This document shows, in pieces, positions 48,701-61,009 of a stretch of DNA of 64,000 nt. Each line of letters begins with the position of its first letter. Position 1 is the stretch's first letter. The position numbers and the translations under genes are program-made. Source of the DNA: Balanoglossus misakiensis (lineage: Eukaryota; Animalia; Hemichordata); the NCBI GenBank assembly GCA_040954595.2, contig CM082576.2, positions 3,756,760-3,820,759 of the forward strand. The letters are read 5' to 3'. The notes beneath the pieces are model-generated. The model was not told where the DNA came from. It did not search any database and was given only the letters and a program-made list of their open reading frames with translations.

Positions 48701-51700
48701 AATCATAAAAGGATTTTCATTTTGCAGTTACCGCGAAGCTAAACGCCGGAGGAAATTGTAATTTCTACTTCAGATGCTCCGTGTAAATTGCCTTCTACGT
48801 TGCGGTTTTCTTAGCCGTAAGCGCCGGTCTACTTTTTACGTCTGTCTACGGCAGTGTGAACGCTCGACCTATACCGCTCTGATGTGATGTTTACTGAAGG
48901 TAACCCTGTCCAGCGATACCACAAATGATGGAATAAAACTGACGGACTGTGGGTTTTCCAATAATTACATCGAATGAGCAAATCCCCGCGTCGCCCCCAA
49001 GTTGAGCGAGTTTGACGCACGCTATCTCGTCTTCGTACGACGGCGACGTCGACTGTCTGCCTTCCCGCACGAAAGTCCTGTCCACCGATACAGACATCCC
49101 TTACAATCAATGGTCTTTCAGAATAAAGTACGACAGATCGTACAGCATCATTCTTTTTTGTGAAATTCTGTAGCTTCGTGGCCCTCAATTTGTGTTGCCA
49201 AGCATCGCCCTTGTTAGCCGCAGAACGCGGGGACTCGGAGTTCAAACCGTGGCCAGCCAAACGTACCAGATTTGATTTCGCTAGCTTCACTTTCACGCTT
49301 CAATTAGTGGTTAATGATAAAATGGTTTTCCCACAAAAAGCATGCACCAGGCACGCTACTATTAATCAAAAAGATTAATTTTACTCCCTTTCCTTTTCCC
49401 TGGCAAAACGCTTTGTTTTCGCGGCATTTTTGGAAAAGACACGATGTCTGCACCGAGTGTGAGGTTTTTCTGTCCTTGGTAATTTTTTGGTCCAAGTCTC
49501 CGTCATAGTGCTAAATTATAAAACAAGGCAGTGCCGAGATTTATGGTCGCAGAATATTTATCTAACTGCCATTTACTGACTGAGTCATTCACTACGAATG
49601 CTTTCTTTCGTATTTCTTCTCTACAACACTGAGAATTTCTTTAAAAGCGCGAGACCCCCGCGGTGCGTCTCCGGCCTCGGAGTGCGCAACCCCGACCTGC
49701 ACTGTCTGTATACCGTACCTTGGCAGAAAAGATTCACATAGTTATATTCGACATCGTAATTGAATAATGATGGATTGTATGCAAAATTCCATCGAGTTCA
49801 GGCCTTCGTCTGCTGATATGACTGGGTGAAACGGCGCGCCTTTGCATACAGAGGTCCGGAAATCCCAAACTTCATTCTCCAAACAGTTGAAGCCAAAATT
49901 ACAACGCAAAATGACCGTGATAATCTAATAGGTAATCCAATAAATTATTGAAAAGTTTGGCAAATTCCATTGTTGTACATTTTTTGAGGAAATTGACAGA
50001 AGAGTAACTCCGTGACATTTAATAAAGTCTGATTTTCATCAAATTAGTTGTCTAGGGGTTGTGTCGTTGCCTGCGGCCGGAAAGGCGACTGGGGTTTGAA
50101 GTGAGCCAATAACATGCCTCCGTAAACGAACCTATAAACTCAGGTAGACACATATGAAACTGTTCATATTCGAGCTACTTTGCATTCGTCCTACTGCAGT
50201 TGCAAACCTAGAACTAACACAGACACGCGTCCTTGGCCTTGATACCAAGAAGATAAAGAAGGACATACGTCGGAGAAATTAGTGTTTTAAGAGTCCGTGC
50301 ATATTCATGATATTCCTCGTGTCCCGTCTGCATTGACCTTAAGTAATGATCAAAGGGACTGTTCGATTGGCCAGCCTTGAAATGGAGATGCGAAATTGTA
50401 ATATTTTGTATCGTACGGGGACGCAATATTATTGTTCCCCCAATGCTAAATCGTTGGAGCACTCTATATACAAAATATATACACAATACAATTGGGTAGG
50501 CCTTACAAACCAAGATATTGATATTGATATATTGTATTAATGTTCGATATTTTATTTATAGTACGATAATACGGTTTGCCTTGTTGGATCAAACACCAAA
50601 CAAGTCCTTCAGGTTTGGCCCTGGTTGTCAACGACGGTCAAAAAACCGGAGCGTGTGGGAACTTATTATTTATGAAAGTTCAGTGCTGATATGGAACGGG
50701 CAACTGGGGTGTATACCCATTAAGTCACGGCGGTTTCTTAGATGCATCCGATGTAAGATTGCAAGAGTCAATTATGTGGAAAAATACTACTTCAGGTGCT
50801 GTTTTTATTATTTGTGTGAAGTCTACACACTGTCAATACATCTGAAAAAAATATCCTGAAACCAACATGGCACTTTTCATATTGCTGTGATCAAAAAATA
50901 ATACATCGTGTTTGCATAGTTAATTAACCTCACAGATCACATTGGACGGTATAATTTACATATTATACATGAAAACTTAACATTATATACAAAGAATGTG
51001 TCAAACAGGTTCCACAATTATTCCATACACTATCGCGAATTTCTGTATTTACATCATTGGAAAGTCATTTCAGTGTAATAGCATATTAAAGCATTTCTCA
51101 GAGATAGATCCAAATGGATACATGTATAGTACTTTTTTCTCTCTTCCAATCCTGTCTTGGTTATGTATTCTTTCTTACATCAAATAAGTTGACTCTCAAA
51201 CTGGTCAACACCTAAATACTAGTATCGGTCAAATCACACGACACTCGAAAGTTGACTTTTTGGCATTGTTAAAAAATAGTGACTGCCCAAACAAGCAATA
51301 TAAAATAGAATAATCTACTTCGAAATTTTGCATACACGTAGCTTACACGAATTCGGCTCTTGGCGCTAACCTGTGCAAATTCGTCTCTGACTGCTTTCGT
51401 ATTTCGTGGGTGAAAACTCCTAAGACGTGGAAAGGTTTGGGGTCGCATCCGATGAGACGCCCGTTCACTACGGATTGTTGTGTTCTAAATGGCTTTGAAT
51501 AAATCATTCATGCGCTGTCCGTCGAGCGATATACCGCTACGTGAGCAAAGGGGATCTGGCAATTGCGTCACTTTTCGAATCTTTGCAAATATTTCTCTGG
51601 GCAAATGGATAACACGCCACCAATAACTTTCTTTTCTTTCTTCGGAATAAGCCCCGCTCAGCGGGACAGCAAAGCAAACGACGGGGCCTTGGCTATCATG

Positions 51701-52492
51701 GGCAGGCAGGTCACGCCGTATCTCGCTACGGATGACTCCACCAGCTCATCGCTGTGACATGCAGCAAAGCGCTCTATGGTCTTCTAGCAGTGCGATATAT
51801 GCTCAACAGACATTTGACTCGACATATCATAAATCCAGATTTGCATAAATCGATGTTTTGGTATGCAGCAGGAAAACGCGCTTTGGGTAATTTTTTTCCT
51901 TGTCAGCTTTATGTAGTTTACCTGACCCCCCCCCCCCCTAGCTACAGCGAGCGTTTCTTGCGGGTGGTTTAATCTGCTATTCAAAAAACCACTTCGGTTT
52001 AGGCGTAGCGTGTTAGAGCCACAGAAACTAATGATAGGCTACTTCACGAATTCTAATAACGGTTTAAAAACACCGGGACGGATAAAAACACTCACACGCG
52101 GAAGAGGAGCATGGAGACACCTCCTCTTGATGTAAATAAAGGTCGAGATTGCCATGGCTAGTCAGTCAGTCAGTCAGTCACAGGTGCATTGCTATTGTAG
52201 GCCGCTGAAAATTTTACGACTGGTGTCCTCGACTATATTACCATGTTTTTGCGGATAAAATTTTACAAAAAGACCGTAAAAATTCCATCGATTGGCAATT
52301 GGAGTAACCCGACTCCCGAAGCCTCTAAATAGTACGCTGTGATTCCGCAAGAAGTCGACGCAGTGTTTGGTGATATGCGCGTCGCCTTCATCGCGTTTGG
52401 CCGAGATGAAAAATTAGGAAATATCAATACAAATAAAAGTAAAGTAATAATTTAAAAAGTCGGATGGGGGATTTTTTCTTCGGTCGGTGACT

Positions 52493-52788
52493 TTAGGACG
52501 GTGAGGGTTCGTGCCTTGTTCTGGGTCTTCGGGGTTTCTTGCGTCTCGGTGTTGGCGATTTCTTGCTTTTCCCAGTGTTCTCCTGGACGTTGGCCACTCG
52601 CACTTGGTAGTTGGGGAAGAGTTCCTCGTACTTCTCCAGCAGCGGGATGTACTTGAAGTGCGCCGGGTGCTTGCCGTCGTCTTCGTCGGGCGGAATGTGC
52701 TGTTTCTCCACCAAGATGTACGTCGACAACGCTTCGAGGTGCTTATCCGCGTAGTCAAAGCGGTGGTTGTCCAGTTCTTTCACAAGCC
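52493..52788 (-). CDS. CXorf65/C22orf15-family coding exon 2 (296 nt, to TAA)
   Basis: (CT)n pyrimidine tract then cacAG at 52790-52789; GC-rich codon-like composition; stop at 52495-52493. Confidence 0.88.
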
Positions 52789-55700
52789 CTGTGAATGTGT
52801 TCAGAGAGAGAGAGAGAGGAAAAAACGGTCTTCAGAAAAGCTCGGAACGAGAGAAAAAACAAACGACCCGTGACCTAGCTCGCGCCTGCGATATGTCTAA
52901 TTTCACGGGGCAAGACTTTAACGGGTCCGGCTAATAATAGTCCCAAGTCGAGCTGGTGGAATGATAGTAAACCCAGGGTCTTTCTGACACCAGCTTGTCA
53001 CCTTAAGATGACGCTTTATGGCTTTTGGGTGTCTGGGTGTCACAGTTGTTATGGTCAACCAGAGGACACACAGAGGCCAAACATTATAGGTGGGGGACAC
53101 CATACCAGGCATTAAATCAAAATTGTAACGGAGGACATGACAAGTAGATTGTCTTAAAGTGTGTCTACCACTGTGTCCGTCCACGTTCTTTTGATAATGA
53201 AACCCATTCACCCAGCCTGTGTAGAGCAGTGCGGCGCGTGAAGAAGTCGGAGCGGAAGAATTGATCCGGCCCACAAAGCGGTTTTTTTATTGCGTAAATT
53301 TTCTCCACGCTCCACACTGAATGGTCTGAGCTTGTCAGTTAACCTTGATTTTCACTGTTGACACATGCCGTTAAATTCCGCGTAGAAGCCGTCGATAAGC
53401 GTAGCTTTTCATTAAAATTCAGAGACTGGAATCTTTTATTGCCATAATCGTAAATTGTTTGTGCCTTATTATTTTAATTGGCCAATAACCGGCCTGGTAA
53501 TGACGCATGTCTGCTTCTGTCACATCCATCTTCACTCACCGAAAGAATGCACCATAAAACTAAGAAAAAGCCGTGTTCTGCCTGCAGACGCGGCTACTAC
53601 GATTCCAGGGTTTTCCTGTCGCGGCGAAGCTGTTCAGCCGTCGCGAGGCGTCAGCCCCTCGACCGGACACACAGACTGAAATACACGCGATAATTGAACC
53701 CGTTATTATATCTTTGTCATTATTCGCGGTATTTGTGATAATATTGAAATATTTGAATTGTCATTAGCAGCGTGCAATCTTCTCAATTACATTACGATTG
53801 TTACGGTCACGTCGTCGCCGATGACGGCCATTGTGAGATCACGCTGCCTGATTCACTTCTCCCGCGCGTTGACGGTCGGGGGGAAAATAATGCCCGCGCT
53901 TTTCATATACTTCCTCGTAATTCAACTGTCCTAATTGACTGCTTTGCGCATGTAAGACGAACAAAGCCCGACTGCCAAGTGAGGAACATTTATTTCAACC
54001 GAAACACTGCTAATAGATATTCACCATGGCTGTCCGCGTGATTAAAACAAGTAACAATGCCATGATCACATCATTTTTTTCATCTTCTGCGCATATTTTT
54101 TTGCAAATTCATCGCTCAGTGGCACTTCTCTTTGCATCTCCTCTCTACTTCCGATTTACGAATTTGCGCACGAAGCGTTTTACGCCGTTGATAACGCGGC
54201 GACCCGGGGTTGAAGATACACGAAAATAATTCAAACCCTTGACGATAGCTTTTATGTCCCTTTACTCCCGTGATACCAATTGCAATACGGCGCACAATAG
54301 ACAGACGCGACTGGTCATCGTGTCTCCATCCTCCGTGCTTCGTCGCGCGGGGAAAAAAACGCAAGTTGCGGCCGACTGTCTCAGGGATCGATAAGTCTAG
54401 ACTTCATCGTCCCCAAGAAGGCACAGAGTTAGTCGCAAACAAAATTAATTCAATAAATAAATAGCTTCGCAATTTAGCACGGCGGCTTCTGTGGTCGTGT
54501 ATAGTTGCTTTTTATTGATTTTGAGGGCAGCACAGAATAAAAACGCATAAGATTGGTTTCGTATTTTGTAAACGGAGTGGGATTTCTATTAGAGTAATTA
54601 TACCGTTCTTGTTTTGTGCACATTCCCAAATAATGATTTCAGTAACCCGCGAATTTCAAAACCAACATTTCAAATCTCCTCGCGTATGTACCTGCAACGT
54701 GTCTTTGTATCTCGGGGGGGGGGGGGGCTTATTTAAAATTTAATTTGCAAAGTATTATAGCTCCACGATATACATACACACAAACAACAACAAACTCTGC
54801 ATACTTTCGGAATTTGATCAACGCATGACCTTCCCCCTAATCTCGCTGTTATCATTAAGACTTGAACCTCACGTAGATATATCTCCCTACCCACCTCGAA
54901 CCAGACATTTGACTAATAATCATAACTTCTACAGTCCTGATCACTGGAAGATCATTCAGTGAACATTTTGTTTTCTGCCTATTGGCCATACATGTGTTTT
55001 TGTTATTTTTTAGACAACGTCTAATTGATTAAGGGTGACGTTGATATTAAAATGGAGACGGATACGTGCTTTATTGGTTTTTGGCTGATGACAGTAGCGG
55101 TTCTCAACTATTGGCCGAGTGGCGGATTACTTTCCAGTCATCACGTATGCAAACACTAACGAACTGTGTGTGTGTGTACTCTTGATGAAAATGGGATCTT
55201 TATCCCAAATCGCTGGGCCTTGAATCCTATTTGGGCTGAGCTATTTGTTACACGGTCAACCCCTTGCCGTGTCTGTGAATGACTGTTGCCATTACACAAA
55301 GGAGAGCTGCCCTTCGCACACTGCCCTTGCAGCTCATGTCATATGTCTTCTTTGTTGCCCAACCCCTCTGTGTTTGACAGATATTCAAACCGTTCTGCGC
55401 ACAACGCGGCAACACTCTTTTCCGTGCACAGGAATGCGGCTTCAGATCCTTTCGTCGTCACCCAAGCGTTCTCCAACACACGGAGGCCCGCTTTATCTAT
55501 CTTTAAAAAAATAACACACAGCCACCAAGAATTACCGTGGAATTTTCCCCCGCGATTGCTACGTGCTGCCGTGGCCAACGATGATCATAGCGCATTCACC
55601 ACGACATCCTGTAGTTTGTGGCCCTCGGCGATCGGATATTGCTTAAAAACAACCTGCATTTTAATAGAGTTGACTGCTTGGAGGGTGGTTCGCCATTCTG

Positions 55701-56188
55701 CGACGAGATTCGGTTATTGACTGGCTGTGCGTAATGTAAAGTATGTGTGTGTGCAACAGCCGTGCGACAGCGCTGTTTCGTTTGAAGATTATTATAATCA
55801 GACCTCCTGGTACATATTGCTTAAAATGTCCACATAATTTTAGGGGGGATACCTGGAGTATTCTCGACATTCGACTAAGAGCAGGGAGCAAACCTAAAAA
55901 ATGGATATACTGTCTCTTTTGAGGTGTACAAACAAACGATTAAAAAGACGCCATTGCTTGCATGGTAATCATCATGGCGGCCACACGTTCAGTTGACACC
56001 TGTGGAGCCTGTTGAACTCGACAAGAAAAGTACCCGTTGTTTTTACCTGTTTCGTCCGAGAGGTCGAGTAAAACGTCTGCCTCGCCGTACCCACATCTCG
56101 TCTTGATGTTTTTAAGTAAATTGACGACGGCACAGGCCGGGTTGAAGAGTAAGGCCTGGTTGGACCCAAACTTCACCGTAATATACAT
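52493..56188 (-). CDS. Uncharacterised CXorf65/C22orf15-family protein, 145 aa: join(complement 56047-56188, 52493-52788)
   Basis: Exon 1 MYITVKFGSNQALLFNPACAVVNLLKNIKTRCGYGEADVLLDLSDET and exon 2 (G)LVKELDNHRFDYADKHLEALSTYILVEKQ...FKYIPLLEKYEELFP...basic tail join at a phase-1 intron; 438 nt total. Resembles human CXorf65 ([25 protein letters not shown]...DLCEQTG...YASKYL...STYYV...FVPLL) and C22orf15 (recalled). Exact orthology not determinable. Confidence 0.88.
56047..56188 (-). CDS. CXorf65/C22orf15-family coding exon 1 (142 nt)
   Basis: ATG at 56188-56186; donor ACAG|GTAAAA starting at 56046. Confidence 0.88.
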
Positions 56189-57168
56189 ATTGTTTGGGTG
56201 TCTCGACGTAACGCGTTATACCGTCGCTATACAACGTGTTTGGGCATGGCAACTTCAACACAAACTTCTTGCGTTGCCTGTCAACGGTGTTGGTCTTGCG
56301 ATTGCGGGGTCAGATTAACTACACTGGAAGCGGACAAACCTGGGTCCTTTAAGTATGAAGGGTAAATTCTGCCCGTGCTCACTCAAAGTGACAGGAATGG
56401 TTCGCGACGGATAGGGTATTATTTTTTTAAGGTGTGAGAGTGTCGTTTCTATAGGAGTAGGTCGTTCATTGATGTTGAATAATAACGGCGCTAGTGTTAT
56501 AGGCGTTTGTTTGTGACCTATTGTAAAACTATAACAATTGTGTTGTGAAGGCGTTTAAACACCGTATTCTCACTGCGATTTCTTACCTGGCTTTGGGGTA
56601 CAATTTTAAATCACTTAGCATTTTTTTCCTCTAGCTTATTTTATTTCTATTTAAAAAATCTGACAGATTTGTCTGACAAATTAGAAGTGACCCGTTGCAA
56701 GTTAGGTGGTCGAGTACGATGGGTCGATTGAATATTGAACAGCTCTCGACAATCCAATGACCCGCGTTACAATACAACGGACAGAGAAGCATATCATGGC
56801 CATCTACTTAGCAGTTATCTGCGAAAATCCAAAAGAAGCGTGTGAATATGTTGATTAGCACAGAACGTGTCGCATAACACTACAAAAGCTCACGACTGGA
56901 CACAGCTGCATTTGCCAGTGCTTTTATCATTCGCAACGGACCGTGCTTTGCCTTATTTTCGCCAATTCATTGTTCTGTGGACCGACCGGCCATCAAATAA
57001 TACAGCGTTCTTCACGAAAGACCAGGCTGAATGCAAATTGGGTACAAACAAAGATAAAGACAACTTTATTTTGTCTCAAATTTATGGCTAAAATCCGTCA
57101 AAGTAGAAAGTAGAGAAAGTAGTAAAGTAACGGATCGCCTCTTCACTCAAAATTTGGATGATGTTTTG

Positions 57169-57331
57169 ACATACATACATACATACATACATACATACAT
57201 ACATACATACATACATACATACATACATACATACATACATGCATACATGCATACATACATACATACATACATACATACATACATACATACATACATACAT
57301 ACATACATACATACATACATACATACATACA
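57169..57331. repeat. (ATAC)n tetranucleotide microsatellite, ~40 units
   Basis: Direct reading; two ATGC interruptions near 57240-57250. Confidence 0.97.
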
Positions 57332-57421
57332 TTCATGTACATACATAATGCGAGGCGAAATTTCTGTTTGACTCAATACAAAGATCTTACAACTTCCAAT
57401 TCAACATGTATAGCATGCGTG

Positions 57422-60400
57422 TTACATAAACTTCCCTGCAGTCAAGGTAGGATACGAGACGTTTGGCGTCTCAGCTCAATACAGAGGCGGGAGATCAGAG
57501 GGAGTTTTAGTTTCTGACGTTAGATATATGCCCATTTTGTATTCCACGGATTCGCTATCACATCGCAGCGGCCTTTTAAATTTTATCGGGGGGCAATATC
57601 GCCGTGTAGGTTCAATCGTTGATAGATGTACTAGCCGCTGGCGATGTCTCTGCGCCAATGTCTCAAGATGTGTACATCACGTACAAACTAACTGCATCAC
57701 TAGGATCTTCCCTGTCGGATATCGGTCTATTATTGTACCAATTAACCCCCATAAACCGGGGTTCGTTCCTACTCCCGTGTAAAATATGCGAGTTGGCCAA
57801 CATACAGACCCAGCATGGGGGAGACCCTTGTCAGCGGGCACACAAACTCCTTTATGGGGAGCGCTAAAAGCACTAATAATTCGAATCCATTTGTTTTATT
57901 TGAACCTCTGAGCCATCTTTGCCTTCGCATATAGAGGTAATCAAACGAGTCGGTAAAGATCGCGATCTCTGTAATGAAATCCACAAATTGTCAAGTTTTA
58001 TTGCATTTCGAGATTAATCGCGCTTGGAAATGGACGCACATACTTACAGCGTTTAACTTTTTTGGAGGCAAGATATTCAAAAAGTGGAAAGTGTGTATAG
58101 ATTTTTTTTCCTGTGTTGCAATTTCCGACTTCGACCAGAGCAACATTCAGCTGACATGTGCATCACTACGTCACGTATCAATTCTAATGAAGAATGAGGC
58201 TTGATAAATCGATTCTGATCTATGAAAATCTTGCATCAAATCCTACAACGTTCATAGTTTGACAGTTCTAATTGTATGACGTCACTGTACGTGACTCTGG
58301 GTAAGCCTGATTCTATACGCCGTGACTGTTTGTAGTCGATGACGCAGTAACCGTTTTTTAAGGGTCGATCCTCGCTAAAAGTGTAACCCTAACTTTGTCA
58401 TTTTCCCCCTTCAATACTATACTACCAATATATCAGAAATCTCTCCGCGAATATCTATGTGAACCCGTTGCAGGGAAACGCACCGGTTCGGTGCCGCATG
58501 GCGTATTGAAAGAAGGCACGTGACAATAGTGGTGGGAATTTATATGTTCGGCTTTGAGAATAAGTCAGTCACTGTGAAAATAGATACACATACTTACAGA
58601 GCGAATCAGGGACCGGAGAACATGCTACTTTGAAAATTATCCCATGTCACTTGTGATGACTATGTCTGAATTACCAGGATTGTAACGTCACAGCAACATC
58701 AACTTTTCAACCCTCTATTTTTCATGAGCACACACGATCACTTTCCTTTCGTATCATCAACCGCCCGGTCACGTGACTTTTCATGACATACCACTGCATG
58801 ATAAACTAACAGCAATACAATGTACTATTTAAGGATGGATTTTTTCTTTGCTTCATGGTCCAGCTCCATCGAAGAAATATTTTTTTCTCGCGACCGACAC
58901 GTGTTTTGGTTTACCTACCAAGTTGTGTGCTATGTCCATAGACAGTTTTGGTATGGGGTCATTGAATACACCCAAATCACTCGTTCCAATGTCGAACAGT
59001 TTTGTTTCACTGAACTTTGTTCATACAAAACAGTTACATACAGATTTAACCTTGATTACAAAGAGCAAATGTTTCACGTGCGATTATTCCAACCAACCGA
59101 TCGACCGGCCCTATGACAACTACACTTGATTTACCAGATGAAAATTTACGTAAAGAAAAGAACCCCAAAAGGCTGACAAAGTTGGGTGAACAATGAATGG
59201 GAGAACAAACTTGATGGACGTTTCATCACGTGCCACCAAGAGGTAAAGATAGCGCTGTATCTCTTTTATCAGCTATTATCGCGATATTTCCTTTTCCGCT
59301 ACGGAGACTACAGAGTAATGTACATATGACCAAATGATAGGCTTTAACCTCAGACATCTAAATTCGCCTGAGATGTGCCATACACGGAGACACCTTGATA
59401 ATGTCCGAATGACTTGATACTTAGCATGAACGTAGCTGTATAATTATACTTCAAATTATGGCATTTGAAACGAGGTTACACTGTGTACGTGTGTTAAATT
59501 ACTTTTCACTGATAGCCTGAGATTGAATGAATTTTTACGGTAAAAAATCTGGACATCAACATCGTCGTGATTTCATGACATGACATGACATTATTTCAGC
59601 TTTGGTAAAGGTCGAGTGGCCTGTTTGTTGACACTGTACCTCACCGTATTTTTTGCATTTATGCATAAACTACAAACGCGACATTGCTGGTGGAAATGTA
59701 ATAAAATCTAATAAAATGGTAGATTTGGCCCTGATGGGCCTACTTTTATGGAAATTAATTAGTTTTTATTTGGTGCTTGAACTGTACTGAATCAACGCAA
59801 ACACTCACGTACAGACAGCAACGATGGCACGTAAACTGTGACTGGATCGTCACTCTGTGTGTATCTATCTCCACGTGCAAAAACGCTATGCACTGACCAG
59901 AAGTCAGGGTACCATAAATAACCAGGTAGTGTTTATTGTTGGGGGGAATTCAGACTTTGGTATTTTGTCGCCACACCTGGATTTTGCGGCGCAGTTGACA
60001 ACATGAATCTTAGTTTAGCCCAAAACAAACACTTGTTGACGTCATTTTTATCAGGGTCGATTGTGGCTTTGCCGGTTTCATCTTTACAAACAGATAAGAC
60101 AGCGATAAACTGCACACCTTCCTATCATTTATGCACGTGAGCTAAAAAAAGAAAAAAAAAGGGGGGGGGGACAAAAATAGCCGGCGTATTCATTGTCAAC
60201 CGTCTCCGACTCGACGACCGCAGATGGCAACCTTTCCCCAGAAACCAATCTGCGTTGCCAAAAATTCACAGGAAATTAAAAATATCTCCTTTGAAATGCA
60301 TCATCCCTCAAAAACCCGAATTCTGAAAACTGCAAATTGGGTTTCAAATAGTGAGGGTGAAATACTCCAATTGAAGGCTGGAGTCAGAACTAAACTGGCG

Positions 60401-61009
60401 GTTCCGTCTAGGAAGCCGTGCCCTTTTAGATACGTACGTATTTACCATTGAGCTGACATTATCCATTACAGTGACACATGCTATCATTATTCGATGAAAT
60501 AGCGCACACTCCCAGTCCTACTATAGCCAGAACGGCCTAGACGTATAGATCCAGCTCGGACTCACGGTCTATTAATAATCCCCCGCACTGCATTTTGGCA
60601 TTTTTAATTTATTGCACGCTCTGTGTGAATATCTCATTGAAACGTCGCCAACATTAACATTTCGCGATATTAAAAAGGGTGACACTGAATCTGCGCGCAA
60701 ACTCCAGTTATGAAAACCCGGAGGAAGGTGTGTAAGCCTATACGTTGCCATTTTCACCGCGTTGCTTTGTGATGTTTTAATGTTGGAGCAATATGCGTTC
60801 CACCGTGCCTCGGTGAATGATGGATTGGTTACACCTGTGCTGACAGGTCGGCGGCGCATGACAAGTTTGAACACATCATCTAAAAATATCAAACAAATGT
60901 GCCACTTTCTCCTCGTCCCTGCCAACTCTGGGCCTCGGAGAGACCGGCATACGCCCCCGCTTAAGCGGAGAAACCAAGTAGTCCGTTGAAATTCGGTAGT
61001 GAACACGTG
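57422..61009. promoter_or_regulatory. Candidate regulatory region: cluster of CACGTG E-boxes, PAR-bZIP D-boxes and CRE sites
   Basis: CACGTG at 58517, 58770 (in GTCACGTGAC), 58898, 59075, 59227, 59872, 60134, 61004; TTACATAA 57422; TTACGTAA 59146; TGACGTCA 58277 and 60037. Confidence 0.45.
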
